NCBI GenBank assembly: GCA_043750125.1
Contig: JAYVCD010000042.1
Coordinates: forward strand, 1-32,856
Direction of reading: 5' to 3'
DNA length: 32,856 nt
Source of the DNA: Archangiaceae bacterium
GTDB lineage: Bacteria; Myxococcota; Myxococcia; Myxococcales; Myxococcaceae
Part shown: positions 8,381-17,140 of the stretch, in pieces
Layout of the letters: each line of letters starts with the position of its first letter
Numbering within the stretch: position 1 is the stretch's first letter
Notes under the pieces: model-generated
Databases searched by the model: none
What the model saw: only the letters and a program-made list of their open reading frames with translations
What the model was told of the DNA's origin: nothing
Translations under genes and position numbers: made by a program

Positions 8381-9846
8381 GAGAGGTCGGCGCTCCTGGA
8401 CGTCGTAACCCGGTAAAGCGGCACCGGTTGGGCTTTGCCCTTGAGTTTGACGGGGGGCAACAACTCGCTGGTCCACCCGGCTTTGGCGGCGCGCTCGGCG
8501 GTCGAGGCGCCGACGAGAATTTCTCCTCCGCCGGCCAGGCTGCACAGCCGCGCAGCGACGTTCACCGCGTCCCCGATGCAGGTGTACTCGGTGCGGCGAG
8601 CGCTGCCCACGCTGCCGGCGACGACCAGGCCGGTGTTGATTCCAATGCCGAGCTCGAGCGGGGTGACGTGCTCGCCGCTGTTGTTCTGCTCGCGCACCGA
8701 TTCCATCATCTGCAGCGCCGCCCGGACCGCGCGTTCGGCGTCATCGTCATGCGCGACCGGAGCGCCGAAGACCGCCATCACTCCGTCCCCCAGGAACTTG
8801 TCGAGCGTGCCGCCGTTGGCGAGCACCGCATCGGTGAGCCGGCCGAGCACCCCGTTGAGCAGGCCCATGACCTGGTCCGGAGGGTAGGTCTCGGCGATCG
8901 AGGTGAAGTTCCGGATGTCGGCGAACAGCACGGTTACGTCGCGCTTCTCGCCCGAGAGGACGACCTCGCCCGACTTGAGAATCTCTTCGACCACCGCGTC
9001 CGAGGTGTACCGGGCGAACAGCCGGCGAATCCGGTCGGTCTCGTTGGTGCGCTTCAAGATGTTTTCCATCCGCGCCGCCAGCTCTTCCATCGACACGCCC
9101 TTGTGGACGTAATCGTCCGCGCCGGCCCGCAAGCCGCCGACCCGCTGCACGTCTTCGTCGTTGGCGGTGAGGATCATCACCGGCACCGAGCGCGAAGGGC
9201 CCTGCTTCAGCCGGCGGCACAGCTCGACGCCGTCGAGGCCCGGCATCTCGAGGTCGGTGAGCACGATGCTCGGGCTGAAGGTGCCGACCGCCTCGAGGGC
9301 AAGAATCGGGTCCTGCCACGACTGAACCTCGTAGCCGAGCATCGTCAGCCCCTGCTCGACCAGGTTGCAGGCCAGCATGCTGTCGTCGACCACCATCACC
9401 TTGACCCCGTTCGAGCCCTCGCGCTGAAGCAGCTGGGCCTGTTCGACATCGGTGGGCTGGGCTTCCATTCGCCGCTGCAGTCCCAGCGCCTCGTAAATCT
9501 GCTGGTTCGAGACCAGGCCCTGCTCGACCAGCAGGTCCCCGAGCTTGCGACCGTCTTCGCGCTGCGCGGCCAGAGCGGATTTCAGCACCGGCTCTTCGAT
9601 GTACTTGAGGCCGACCAGAATCTCGCCCAGGGGAGGACGATCGAGCGAGACCCGATTGCCCGCCGCCAGCGCCTGCGAGAGCGCCCGCTGAAGCTGAATT
9701 CGGGTGATGTACCCCAGGGAAAGCAACGCCTCGCCCACCCGGTGGCCGGTGAGGTGCTGCAGCGCGAGAGCTTCCTGCACCTGAGATCGGGTGACGAAGC
9801 CCATCGTGACGAGGATGTCGCCGAAGCGTTGCGAGACATCGGACAT
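8377..9846 (-). CDS. Class III adenylate cyclase with tandem N-terminal MshEN (c-di-GMP-binding) domains and a receiver domain
   Basis: Four 24-aa MshEN-like motifs; REC domain ([19 protein letters not shown]); cyclase motifs [44 protein letters not shown]. Confidence 0.92.
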   Translation of the reverse strand: MSDVSQRFGDILVTMGFVTRSQVQEALALQHLTGHRVGEALLSLGYITRIQLQRALSQALAAGNRVSLDRPPLGEILVGLKYIEEPVLKSALAAQREDGRKLGDLLVEQGLVSNQQIYEALGLQRRMEAQPTDVEQAQLLQREGSNGVKVMVVDDSMLACNLVEQGLTMLGYEVQSWQDPILALEAVGTFSPSIVLTDLEMPGLDGVELCRRLKQGPSRSVPVMILTANDEDVQRVGGLRAGADDYVHKGVSMEELAARMENILKRTNETDRIRRLFARYTSDAVVEEILKSGEVVLSGEKRDVTVLFADIRNFTSIAETYPPDQVMGLLNGVLGRLTDAVLANGGTLDKFLGDGVMAVFGAPVAHDDDAERAVRAALQMMESVREQNNSGEHVTPLELGIGINTGLVVAGSVGSARRTEYTCIGDAVNVAARLCSLAGGGEILVGASTAERAAKAGWTSELLPPVKLKGKAQPVPLYRVTTSRSADLS

Positions 9847-9909
9847 GGAGGACGGGGGGAGTCTAGCCCCAGCGGGCCGCCGGACAAGAACCCGATGCGA
9901 ACCTCGTCT

Positions 9910-11019
9910 TCAGCGCGGCAGCAGCCCGGAGAAGGCCACCAGGATCTCGAGCAAGATCAAAATCACCACCATCACCTCGAGCGTCAGCGCCCGGCCGGTG
10001 TCCACTTCGCCCTTGAGCAGGGCGTAGGTCTGCGAGAGCAGCTTCTGCTTTCGGGACACCTGCACCTGCCACTGGGGAATTCGCAGCTGGCTGACGGCCC
10101 CCTCGTACACCCGGCCGAGGTAGACATCGGCCACGATGACCAGCGAGTTGTCGACCCGTTCGATGAACTCGGACATCTCGATCAACGTCAACATCACCTC
10201 GCGCAGCAGCTTCTTGTAGGGAGAGCGAAACAGCGTTCCGGCTCCTTTCTGCTGGCCGATCGCGTCGTAGACGCGGGTGAGTTCCTTATCGAGCACCACG
10301 TCGTAGTACCGGAACTCGAGCAACTGGGCGTTGGCGATTTCCAGCAGGTCGGCCACGTCGTTGGAGGCCAGGTGCGGCGGCTCGTAGAGGAACGCGCAGT
10401 TCCAATCGATCACCACCAGGTCCTGCTCGGTGTAGCTGAAAGCGTGAGACATCACGTCGTCGCGCTCGGCCTGGGACAGTCGGGTTTCCAGCGCCTCGCC
10501 CAGAATCAACCGCGGCAGCTCGGGTGCTTCGCTCAGCTCTTTGGCGGTGGGGTTGCCCTCGACTTCCCGCACCCGGAAGACGGTGTAGCTCTCACGCTCT
10601 TCCCACAGGTGCGCGTCTTCGATCGCCGGGGCGATCGTCTTTCGAATCGACGTCATCACTTCGTGCGCCAGCACGTCGATCTCGGGGTTGTCCGAGACGT
10701 CGTCTGAGAACGGCACCAACTCTTCGAGGGTGGTCCCGGGGGGAATCGTCAGCCGGATGATGACCGAGAGTGCGCCGTGGTCGAACAGGCGAACGCCCAC
10801 CTGGGCTTCGCAGAGGCCATTCTTGAGCTTCAGCGGGCGCGGGCCGACCTCGTACGCGAGCGGAGGGTTTGCCAGCTGAATGTAGTCGCTTCCTTCCCGC
10901 GAAAGCCGCAGTCGGGAAGTGGCGGTGTGAACGAGGACGCGGGCGCGCTCGAGGTTGATCTCTTCACCCACATCGTAGATGCGGTAGCAGAGCGCCGAAG
11001 CCTGGGTCAGACGAAACAT
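9910..11019 (-). CDS. RMD1/DUF155-like membrane-anchored protein
   Basis: LFDHG, LLEIANAQLLEFRYYD and C-terminal TM LEVMVVILILLEI typical of this family. Confidence 0.65.
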   Translation of the reverse strand: MFRLTQASALCYRIYDVGEEINLERARVLVHTATSRLRLSREGSDYIQLANPPLAYEVGPRPLKLKNGLCEAQVGVRLFDHGALSVIIRLTIPPGTTLEELVPFSDDVSDNPEIDVLAHEVMTSIRKTIAPAIEDAHLWEERESYTVFRVREVEGNPTAKELSEAPELPRLILGEALETRLSQAERDDVMSHAFSYTEQDLVVIDWNCAFLYEPPHLASNDVADLLEIANAQLLEFRYYDVVLDKELTRVYDAIGQQKGAGTLFRSPYKKLLREVMLTLIEMSEFIERVDNSLVIVADVYLGRVYEGAVSQLRIPQWQVQVSRKQKLLSQTYALLKGEVDTGRALTLEVMVVILILLEILVAFSGLLPR

Positions 11020-11062
11020 GAGAGTCCTTTACCCACTCCCGCAGCCGATCGCCCCGCGGTCT

Positions 11063-11503
11063 TCAGCGCCGCTTCCTGGGGGGCACCGATTTTTTCTTCA
11101 CGACTTTCTTCGCCGGCGGTTTGGTTGGAGCGGCGGGAACGCTCTTCGCCCCGGCGGCCGCCTTCGCCACCTCGAGCGACAAGGCTCGGACCCGGCCCGA
11201 CAGCTCGTCACGCTCGACCGCCAGCGCCTGCACCTGCTGCTCGAGCGGCTCGAGCTTCGCCTTCATCTCGGTGAGCGCGAGCTCGGCTTTCTGCGCCCGG
11301 GCGGTCTCGTTGGCGCGCGCCAGGCTCTGCTCGTCGGCGCGGTGATTTTGGGCCGAGACGAGCCGAAGGGTCACCACCCCAAGCGCCGCCAGAAGTCCGG
11401 CGGTGACCCCGAACAGAATCCACGGCAGCAGGCTCGGCGGCCGACGCAGCGCGCCGGTGATCATCGTCTGATCAATCGGGGTCTCCACGTTGTCGTCACT
11501 CAA
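11063..11503 (-). CDS. Hypothetical single-pass membrane protein with coiled coil and Lys-rich tail
   Basis: TM LLPWILFGVTAGLLAALGVV, heptad-like region, basic tail. Start placed at TTG 11503 (ORF track gives 11521) because TGCTACCTT lies 8 nt upstream. Confidence 0.7.
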   Translation of the reverse strand: MSDDNVETPIDQTMITGALRRPPSLLPWILFGVTAGLLAALGVVTLRLVSAQNHRADEQSLARANETARAQKAELALTEMKAKLEPLEQQVQALAVERDELSGRVRALSLEVAKAAAGAKSVPAAPTKPPAKKVVKKKSVPPRKRR

Positions 11504-11584
11504 GGAACCGCAAGGTAGCACCCGAGGCCCAACCCGCCTGTTCTTGGACAGCGGCGGCCCTGAAGGGGGGCTTCGACGAATCGG

Positions 11585-12196
11585 TTACGGAGCAGCTGCC
11601 GGGCGTCGCAGCTCCCAGATTCCGCGCGCACGGAAGACCCGCTCGACCATCAGGCTATGCAGCAGGTGCAGCGGCTGCCCCACCCCCGGCCCTTCGAGCA
11701 GGGTGAGCGCATCGGCGATCGCCTCGAGGGTCGACCGGTTGTCCGGCGAGGTCGATTCGCGAAGGCGCAGCGGAGCGGCCTGTTTGGTCGGCAGCCCCAG
11801 GCGCGGCACGTTCGCCAGCGCGGGCAGCTTCTTCAACATTCGCCGGGTCTGGCGCCACGTCCCATCGATGACGATCAGGCACTGGGGAAGCACTTCGGGG
11901 GCCGGGGGAGCATCGAAGTCCGCGGGGAACAGCAGCCAGGCGCCGGGGACGAACGGCTTGACCTCTTCGTCGACCGGGGCGGATTCCTCGCCGAAGTCGA
12001 TCATCGCGCTGTTGGGCAGGGCCAGGCCGGCGATGCGAGCGGTGCCGGTCGACTTGTCGGCTTCCCGCGCGTGCCGAACAATCACCACCCGGGTGCGGGT
12101 CGGAACGGTCGGAATGTCCGCGCACAGACAGAACTCGTGCCGAATCCAGCAGCGGGGACAGCGACCGGGAAGATGGGACAGGGTGCGAGAGCGCAT
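11585..12196 (-). CDS. DTW-domain tRNA-uridine aminocarboxypropyltransferase (TapT/YfiP family)
   Basis: RCPRCW...CLC zinc knuckle, HARE...TGTARIA, VIDGTWRQ (DTW motif), STLEAIA. Confidence 0.9.
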   Translation of the reverse strand: MRSRTLSHLPGRCPRCWIRHEFCLCADIPTVPTRTRVVIVRHAREADKSTGTARIAGLALPNSAMIDFGEESAPVDEEVKPFVPGAWLLFPADFDAPPAPEVLPQCLIVIDGTWRQTRRMLKKLPALANVPRLGLPTKQAAPLRLRESTSPDNRSTLEAIADALTLLEGPGVGQPLHLLHSLMVERVFRARGIWELRRPAAAP

Positions 12197-12212
12197 CAGC
12201 CTGCTGTCTACT

Positions 12213-13715
12213 TCAAGTCGGTCGCTTTGCCCGCCTGAGCACCCACAGAGCGCCGATCAGCAGCGGACCCAGCCCGGTCGCGCTGCACCCTTTCTTCACC
12301 GGCGGCTCGGCCGGTTTGGAAATCCAGATGTGGCCGCTGACGGTTCGCACCTGCCCCTCGACCCAGACCTCGGCCCGCCATCGTTCTGCGCTGCCGTCGG
12401 CCGGGGCGGTCAACGCCTGGGTCGCAACGAAAGGATCTGCGTTTACGTCCAGCGTCTGCACCACTGTTCCGTTCCGCAGCACCTGCAGCTGCTGCCCCTG
12501 CCCCCCGGTCACCGTCACTGCCAGCGTGGCGGCGGCCAGACGCAGGGTGTCGCCGATGCGGGCGGTCGCGGCCGACAGCTCGACCATCGGGTCCGCCGGC
12601 CCCTGCAGCTTCACCACCGTTCGGCCCTGGCGGACCCCTTCGATGATTCCGGCCGCCGACAGCTCGGACGCGAAGACCATCGTGGTCGGGTTGCCGATCG
12701 GGCTCGCCAGCGCGTCCATCGCCTTGCCTGCCGAATGGTCATCGCTGCCCCCGATGGGCGCCAGGTGCAGGCCCTGCCCGAGCAGGCGATTCCAGAAAGA
12801 GATCGCCTCGCGGGTAAACAGCAGACCGGTCACATTCCACCCGCCGGTACCGATTTCCACCGCGGCCAGGGTGTCCTTGGGAATCTTCTGCTTCCACGCG
12901 CAGCCGATGCACACGTTGCCCAAATCAAGCATCGGGTGGTTGATCGACAACACCGCGCCCTGGTCGGCGAAGCCCTTGACCGCACCATCGAAGGTCCGGC
13001 CGTCGAGACCCAGCCGATGGTCGACGTACTTCGTCGCCCCGATTCCGTTCGCGTGCCCGGCGTAGGTGGTGAACTCGACTCCGGGAATGAAGAGCAGCTC
13101 GGGTGATCGGCTTTGCGCGTCGGCGATGAAGTCGAGCTGCGCGACGGTGTTGTGGTCGGACAGCTCGACGAAATCGAGGCCGCGCCCCCGGGCAAAGGTC
13201 GAGATCTGGTCCAGCGAAGGTTGAGCGTCTCCGCTCTCTTTGGAATGAACGTGGAAATCGCCCGCGTACCAACGGGCCTGCGTTTTCAGGGCGGCGACGG
13301 GGACGTAGTCCTTCCGCTCGGGTTGGGCCAGAAGGGTCGGGGTGGTGCGGAGGTCGATTTCCAGTCGGTACGTCGCGGGCGAGGTCAAGACTTTGGCCTT
13401 GCCGATCACCACGCTCCACTTCCCCGCGGGCAGCGCGCCGGCCAGGTAGCTGCGCGAAGCGGCGTTCAAGGCGATCACGATCGGCTCTTTGTTTCCGCCG
13501 CCCCAGCCGCGAAACCGTTCCGGATCATGCAGCCCGTAATCGAGGATGTTGTTCGGCTGCAGCACCGGGTGCCGGACTTCGATTTCTGTCGTCCCCGCTG
13601 GGACGTCGAAGGAAATCATCACGAAGTCCGGACCGGTGGTCGGCAGCTCGCCTTCGAGAATCAAGGGCTGGGCGAACGCGACCGACGACAGGCACAGCGG
13701 AAGGAGCCAGCGCAT
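12213..13715 (-). CDS. CehA/McbA-family PHP metallohydrolase with MYXO-CTERM sorting tail
   Basis: Signal peptide; GDFHVHS, LSDHN, PGVEFT..GHAN, INHP, GGSDDH; C-terminal KKGCSATGLGPLLIGALWVLRRAKR. Confidence 0.9.
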   Translation of the reverse strand: MRWLLPLCLSSVAFAQPLILEGELPTTGPDFVMISFDVPAGTTEIEVRHPVLQPNNILDYGLHDPERFRGWGGGNKEPIVIALNAASRSYLAGALPAGKWSVVIGKAKVLTSPATYRLEIDLRTTPTLLAQPERKDYVPVAALKTQARWYAGDFHVHSKESGDAQPSLDQISTFARGRGLDFVELSDHNTVAQLDFIADAQSRSPELLFIPGVEFTTYAGHANGIGATKYVDHRLGLDGRTFDGAVKGFADQGAVLSINHPMLDLGNVCIGCAWKQKIPKDTLAAVEIGTGGWNVTGLLFTREAISFWNRLLGQGLHLAPIGGSDDHSAGKAMDALASPIGNPTTMVFASELSAAGIIEGVRQGRTVVKLQGPADPMVELSAATARIGDTLRLAAATLAVTVTGGQGQQLQVLRNGTVVQTLDVNADPFVATQALTAPADGSAERWRAEVWVEGQVRTVSGHIWISKPAEPPVKKGCSATGLGPLLIGALWVLRRAKRPT

Positions 13716-13786
13716 GACGGGAGGTCTACCCCGACACCCCGGTCGATGCAGCCGACAAGGGCCCCCCCCGTCACCCCCTGGAGACT

Positions 13787-14236
13787 TCAGTCTTTGTGCT
13801 TGTGCTCGTGTTTGTGCTCGTGCTCGTGCTCGTGCTCCTCGTGCTCCTCACGCTCTTCGCGCTTCTCGCCCTTGATCTTGATGCGTCCGGGGCCGGGCGG
13901 GTTGATGACCACCGTTTCCCTGCGCCCGTGCCACCTTCGGTACTGCCCCGGGGCGTAGGTGACAATCGTGCGGGGAACGTAGCGTTCCTCGACGACCACC
14001 CAGCTTCCATTGTGAGTCTGGTTGCGAAACCAGTGGCCGTCGCGGCGGTTCCAGTACCAGTTGTCGACGAAGAAGACCTCGTCGTCACTGTCCTCGACCA
14101 CCTGCACTCCGGGCTGAATCACCACCAGCGGCGGAGGCGCAGGAAAGACGATGCGCGGCAAGGGAATGTCGATGTGAATCTGAGCCAGGCCGGGAGCGGC
14201 GAGGACCAATGTAAGCGCGAGTGCGAGGGTTTTCAT
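13787..14236 (-). CDS. Secreted Trp/Pro-rich hypothetical protein with His/Glu-rich tail
   Basis: Signal peptide; FPAPPPLVVIQPGVQVV, FFVDNWYW...GHWFR; C-terminus EHEEHEHEHEHKHEHKHKD. Confidence 0.8.
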   Translation of the reverse strand: MKTLALALTLVLAAPGLAQIHIDIPLPRIVFPAPPPLVVIQPGVQVVEDSDDEVFFVDNWYWNRRDGHWFRNQTHNGSWVVVEERYVPRTIVTYAPGQYRRWHGRRETVVINPPGPGRIKIKGEKREEREEHEEHEHEHEHKHEHKHKD

Positions 14237-14268
14237 CCGGCGAACTGTAGTTCAAATGGCCCGGGAGC

Positions 14269-15231
14269 TCAGGCGCGGTTGTCGATTCCCAGCTGGGGGT
14301 CGAATTGCTTTTCGCCCAGTCCGGAAGCCTTCTCGCTCTCGAGCACCAGCGTCTCGAGCAACGCCTTCTGCACGTGCAAGCGGTTCTCGGCCTCGTCCCA
14401 CGCGGCGGACTGCGGCCCGTCGATTACCTCGGCCGAGATCTCTTCGCCCCGATGCGCCGGAAGACAGTGAAGAACGATCGCGTGCTTCGCGGCGAGCTTC
14501 ATCAAGGCAGCATCGACGCAGTACCCCTTGAACGCTTTGAGCCGCGCGTCCTTCTCGGACTCTTGTCCCATGCTCGTCCAGACGTCGGTCACCACCACGT
14601 CGGCCCCAGCGACTGCGCGCTGCGGCGAATCGACCACCTGCACGTTGGCGTTCATCACGTCCGCGGCGGGTCGGTAGCCCTCGGGCGAGGCGAGCTTCAG
14701 GGTGAAGCCGAACAGCTTCGCCGCTTCGCAGTACGAACGGCCCATGTTGCTGGCGGTGTCGCCGACGAAGGCGATCGTCTTCGAGGCGAACGAGCCCAGC
14801 CGCTCTTCAATCGTGAACAGGTCGGCCAACAGCTGTACCGGGTGACCGCCGTCGGTGAGCCCGTTGATGACCGGCACTGTCGCGGCGCTGGCGAACTGCC
14901 GCAGCCGCTGATCGGCGAAGGTGCGCATCATGATGCAGTCCGAATAGCGCGAGGTGACGCGGGCAGTGTCTTCCAGAGGCTCGCCGCGGTTCATCTGGCT
15001 GTCGGCGGTGGGCAAGGTGATGCAGTGGCCTCCGAGCTGGGCCATCGCGGCTTCGAATGACAGGCGGGTCCGGGTGGAAGCCTTCTCGAAGATCAACACC
15101 AGGGTGCGCCCCTGAAGCGTCTGCACCACCCGCCGCTGGGCGCGCGCCTCTTTGAGCACCTTGGTTCGCCGCATCAAGGCGTTGTGCTCGTCCTTCGACA
15201 GGTCCGACAGGGTGAGGAAGTCGCGTTTCAT
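14269..15231 (-). CDS. argF: Ornithine carbamoyltransferase
   Basis: FEKASTRTR, HPVQLLAD, DVWTSMG (SMG ornithine loop), HCLP, AENRLHVQKA. Confidence 0.96.
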   Translation of the reverse strand: MKRDFLTLSDLSKDEHNALMRRTKVLKEARAQRRVVQTLQGRTLVLIFEKASTRTRLSFEAAMAQLGGHCITLPTADSQMNRGEPLEDTARVTSRYSDCIMMRTFADQRLRQFASAATVPVINGLTDGGHPVQLLADLFTIEERLGSFASKTIAFVGDTASNMGRSYCEAAKLFGFTLKLASPEGYRPAADVMNANVQVVDSPQRAVAGADVVVTDVWTSMGQESEKDARLKAFKGYCVDAALMKLAAKHAIVLHCLPAHRGEEISAEVIDGPQSAAWDEAENRLHVQKALLETLVLESEKASGLGEKQFDPQLGIDNRA

Positions 15232-16679
15232 TTCCAGTTCTCCTTCAGCTTCATGAACAACCCATCGAGTCGAGGAACGGCCTGCGCACGCGCGGACATC
15301 GAAGCGAGCCGTTGGTTCAAATCACTCAGCTGCTTCGAGACTGCCTGATCGCCGGTGCCCCCTTCCGAATTCTTTCGGGCCGCGGCGGCTCGGGGCTCAA
15401 GCACGGTCAGCACCGCGGCATCGATGCGCGGGTCGACCTGCGCGGCGGCTTCCAGCGTCATCTTCGCCAGCGGCACGCCTTGCTCGCGCGAGGCCCGCAC
15501 CAGCCGACCGACCGCCTGGTAGGCGTCGCGAAACGCGATCCCCTTCTTCACCAGCGCCTCGGCCAGGTCGGTGGCCTGGGTGCTGCCGTCTTCGAGAGCA
15601 GCGCGACAGACGTCGGGCTCGAACTTCACGTTCTTCAAGGCCAGCCGCAGCACGCTCAAGCACCCATCGACGCGGGTCCCCATCTCGAGCAGGGGGCCGC
15701 GGTCTTCCTGAAGATCCCGGTTGTACCCGCCGGGCAGACCCTTCACCGTCGCGAGCAGGCCGGTGAGCGCGCCGATCGCCGACCCGCTTCTGCCGCGCAG
15801 CAGCTCGAAGACGTCGGGGTTTCGTTTGTGGGGCATCATCGAGCTGCCGCAGGCGATCTGACCGCCGAGGGTGACGAAGCCGAATTCCTTCGAGGAAAAG
15901 TCGATCAAGTCGGTCGACAGCCGGCCCAGTCGCACCAGCAGGCGGGTCGAGGCGTAGAGGAAGTCGAGCGCAAAATCGCGATCGCCCACGGTGTCGAGCC
16001 CGTTGTCCGTCATGCGCGAGAAGCCAAGCGCCTGCCGCATCGATTCGCGGTCGGTGTTCATCGAGGTGCCCGAGATCGCGCCCACCCCGAGCGCGAGGGT
16101 GTCTGACTGGTCGAGCACGAAGCCGAATGCTTCCCCATCGCGCAGCAAGCCCGCGGCCCACGAGGCCCACCAGTAGGCCAGGCTGATCGGCTGCGCGCGT
16201 TGACGGTGGGTGTACGCGGGCAACACCACCTCGCGGCTCGCCTGAGCGTATTGGAGCAGCTCTTCGACCAGGCCCGACAACGACTGCAAGGTCCGGACGC
16301 ATTGCTCGCGCGTCCACAGCCGCAGGTCGGTGGCGACTTGATCATTTCGCGATCGCGCGGTGTGCAGCACCTGGGACGCAGCGCCGATGCGCCGCTGCAG
16401 CTCGGCCTCGACCGCCATGTGGACGTCCTCTTCGTCCGGCAGCACCAGCGTGCCTTTGAGCGCGTCGTCCCAGAGGCCGACCAGCCCCTGGTGAATGGCG
16501 CGCGCGTCGGCGTCGGGGACCAGCTTCTGGCGCGCGAGCATCGCGATGTGCGCCAGGCTGCCGATCAAGTCCTCTTTGAGCAGCGCGCGGTCCAGCGCCA
16601 GCGAGCTCGAGAAGGCGAGCACCTGGGGATGAAGAGTCGCTCCACCGGCGGCATCTGTCTTGGCAACGATCGAGCTCAT
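15228..16679 (-). CDS. argH: Argininosuccinate lyase
   Basis: EDVHMAVE, HTARSRNDQVATD, PAYTHRQRAQP, GSSMMPHKRNPDVFEL, GYNRDLQEDR. Confidence 0.96.
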   Translation of the reverse strand: MSSIVAKTDAAGGATLHPQVLAFSSSLALDRALLKEDLIGSLAHIAMLARQKLVPDADARAIHQGLVGLWDDALKGTLVLPDEEDVHMAVEAELQRRIGAASQVLHTARSRNDQVATDLRLWTREQCVRTLQSLSGLVEELLQYAQASREVVLPAYTHRQRAQPISLAYWWASWAAGLLRDGEAFGFVLDQSDTLALGVGAISGTSMNTDRESMRQALGFSRMTDNGLDTVGDRDFALDFLYASTRLLVRLGRLSTDLIDFSSKEFGFVTLGGQIACGSSMMPHKRNPDVFELLRGRSGSAIGALTGLLATVKGLPGGYNRDLQEDRGPLLEMGTRVDGCLSVLRLALKNVKFEPDVCRAALEDGSTQATDLAEALVKKGIAFRDAYQAVGRLVRASREQGVPLAKMTLEAAAQVDPRIDAAVLTVLEPRAAAARKNSEGGTGDQAVSKQLSDLNQRLASMSARAQAVPRLDGLFMKLKENWK

Positions 16680-17140
16680 CCTTTCCCCTTCTTCCAGATG
16701 GTTCTGAAGTGATTGGCGACCCGCGACGGACGAATGCCCTTGGCGGGCACGATGAAGATGGTGTCGTCGCCAGCCAGAGTCCCAAGCACCCCCTGGGGGC
16801 GGCCGGCGTCGATTGCTCCCGCGACCACCGAGGCGGCTCCGGGACGGGTGCGCAGCACCACCATCGCGTCGCTCTCATCGACGGTGGTGACCAGCGCGTG
16901 CACGGCGCGCAGCCCTTCGAGCCCTCCGCTGACGGGAGCGTCGTCGAGCTCGTACGCCGTCCCGCCTTCCGGCAGCTGAATCCGGCGCGCCATCAGAGCC
17001 CCGAGATCGCGGCTGAGCGTGGCCTGCGTCACCTCGATGCCGGCTTTCCCCAGCAGCTTGCCCAGCTCTTCCTGGGTCCCCACCACTTGCGAGCGAATCA
17101 GCCGGCGAATCGTGTCGCGGCGCTGATGCAGCGCACTCAT
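16676..17140 (-). CDS. argR: Arginine repressor
   Basis: Start at ATG 17140, overlapping the upstream stop (ATGA); TQEEL, VTQATLSRDL, GTLAGDDTIFI. Confidence 0.95.
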   Translation of the reverse strand: MSALHQRRDTIRRLIRSQVVGTQEELGKLLGKAGIEVTQATLSRDLGALMARRIQLPEGGTAYELDDAPVSGGLEGLRAVHALVTTVDESDAMVVLRTRPGAASVVAGAIDAGRPQGVLGTLAGDDTIFIVPAKGIRPSRVANHFRTIWKKGKG

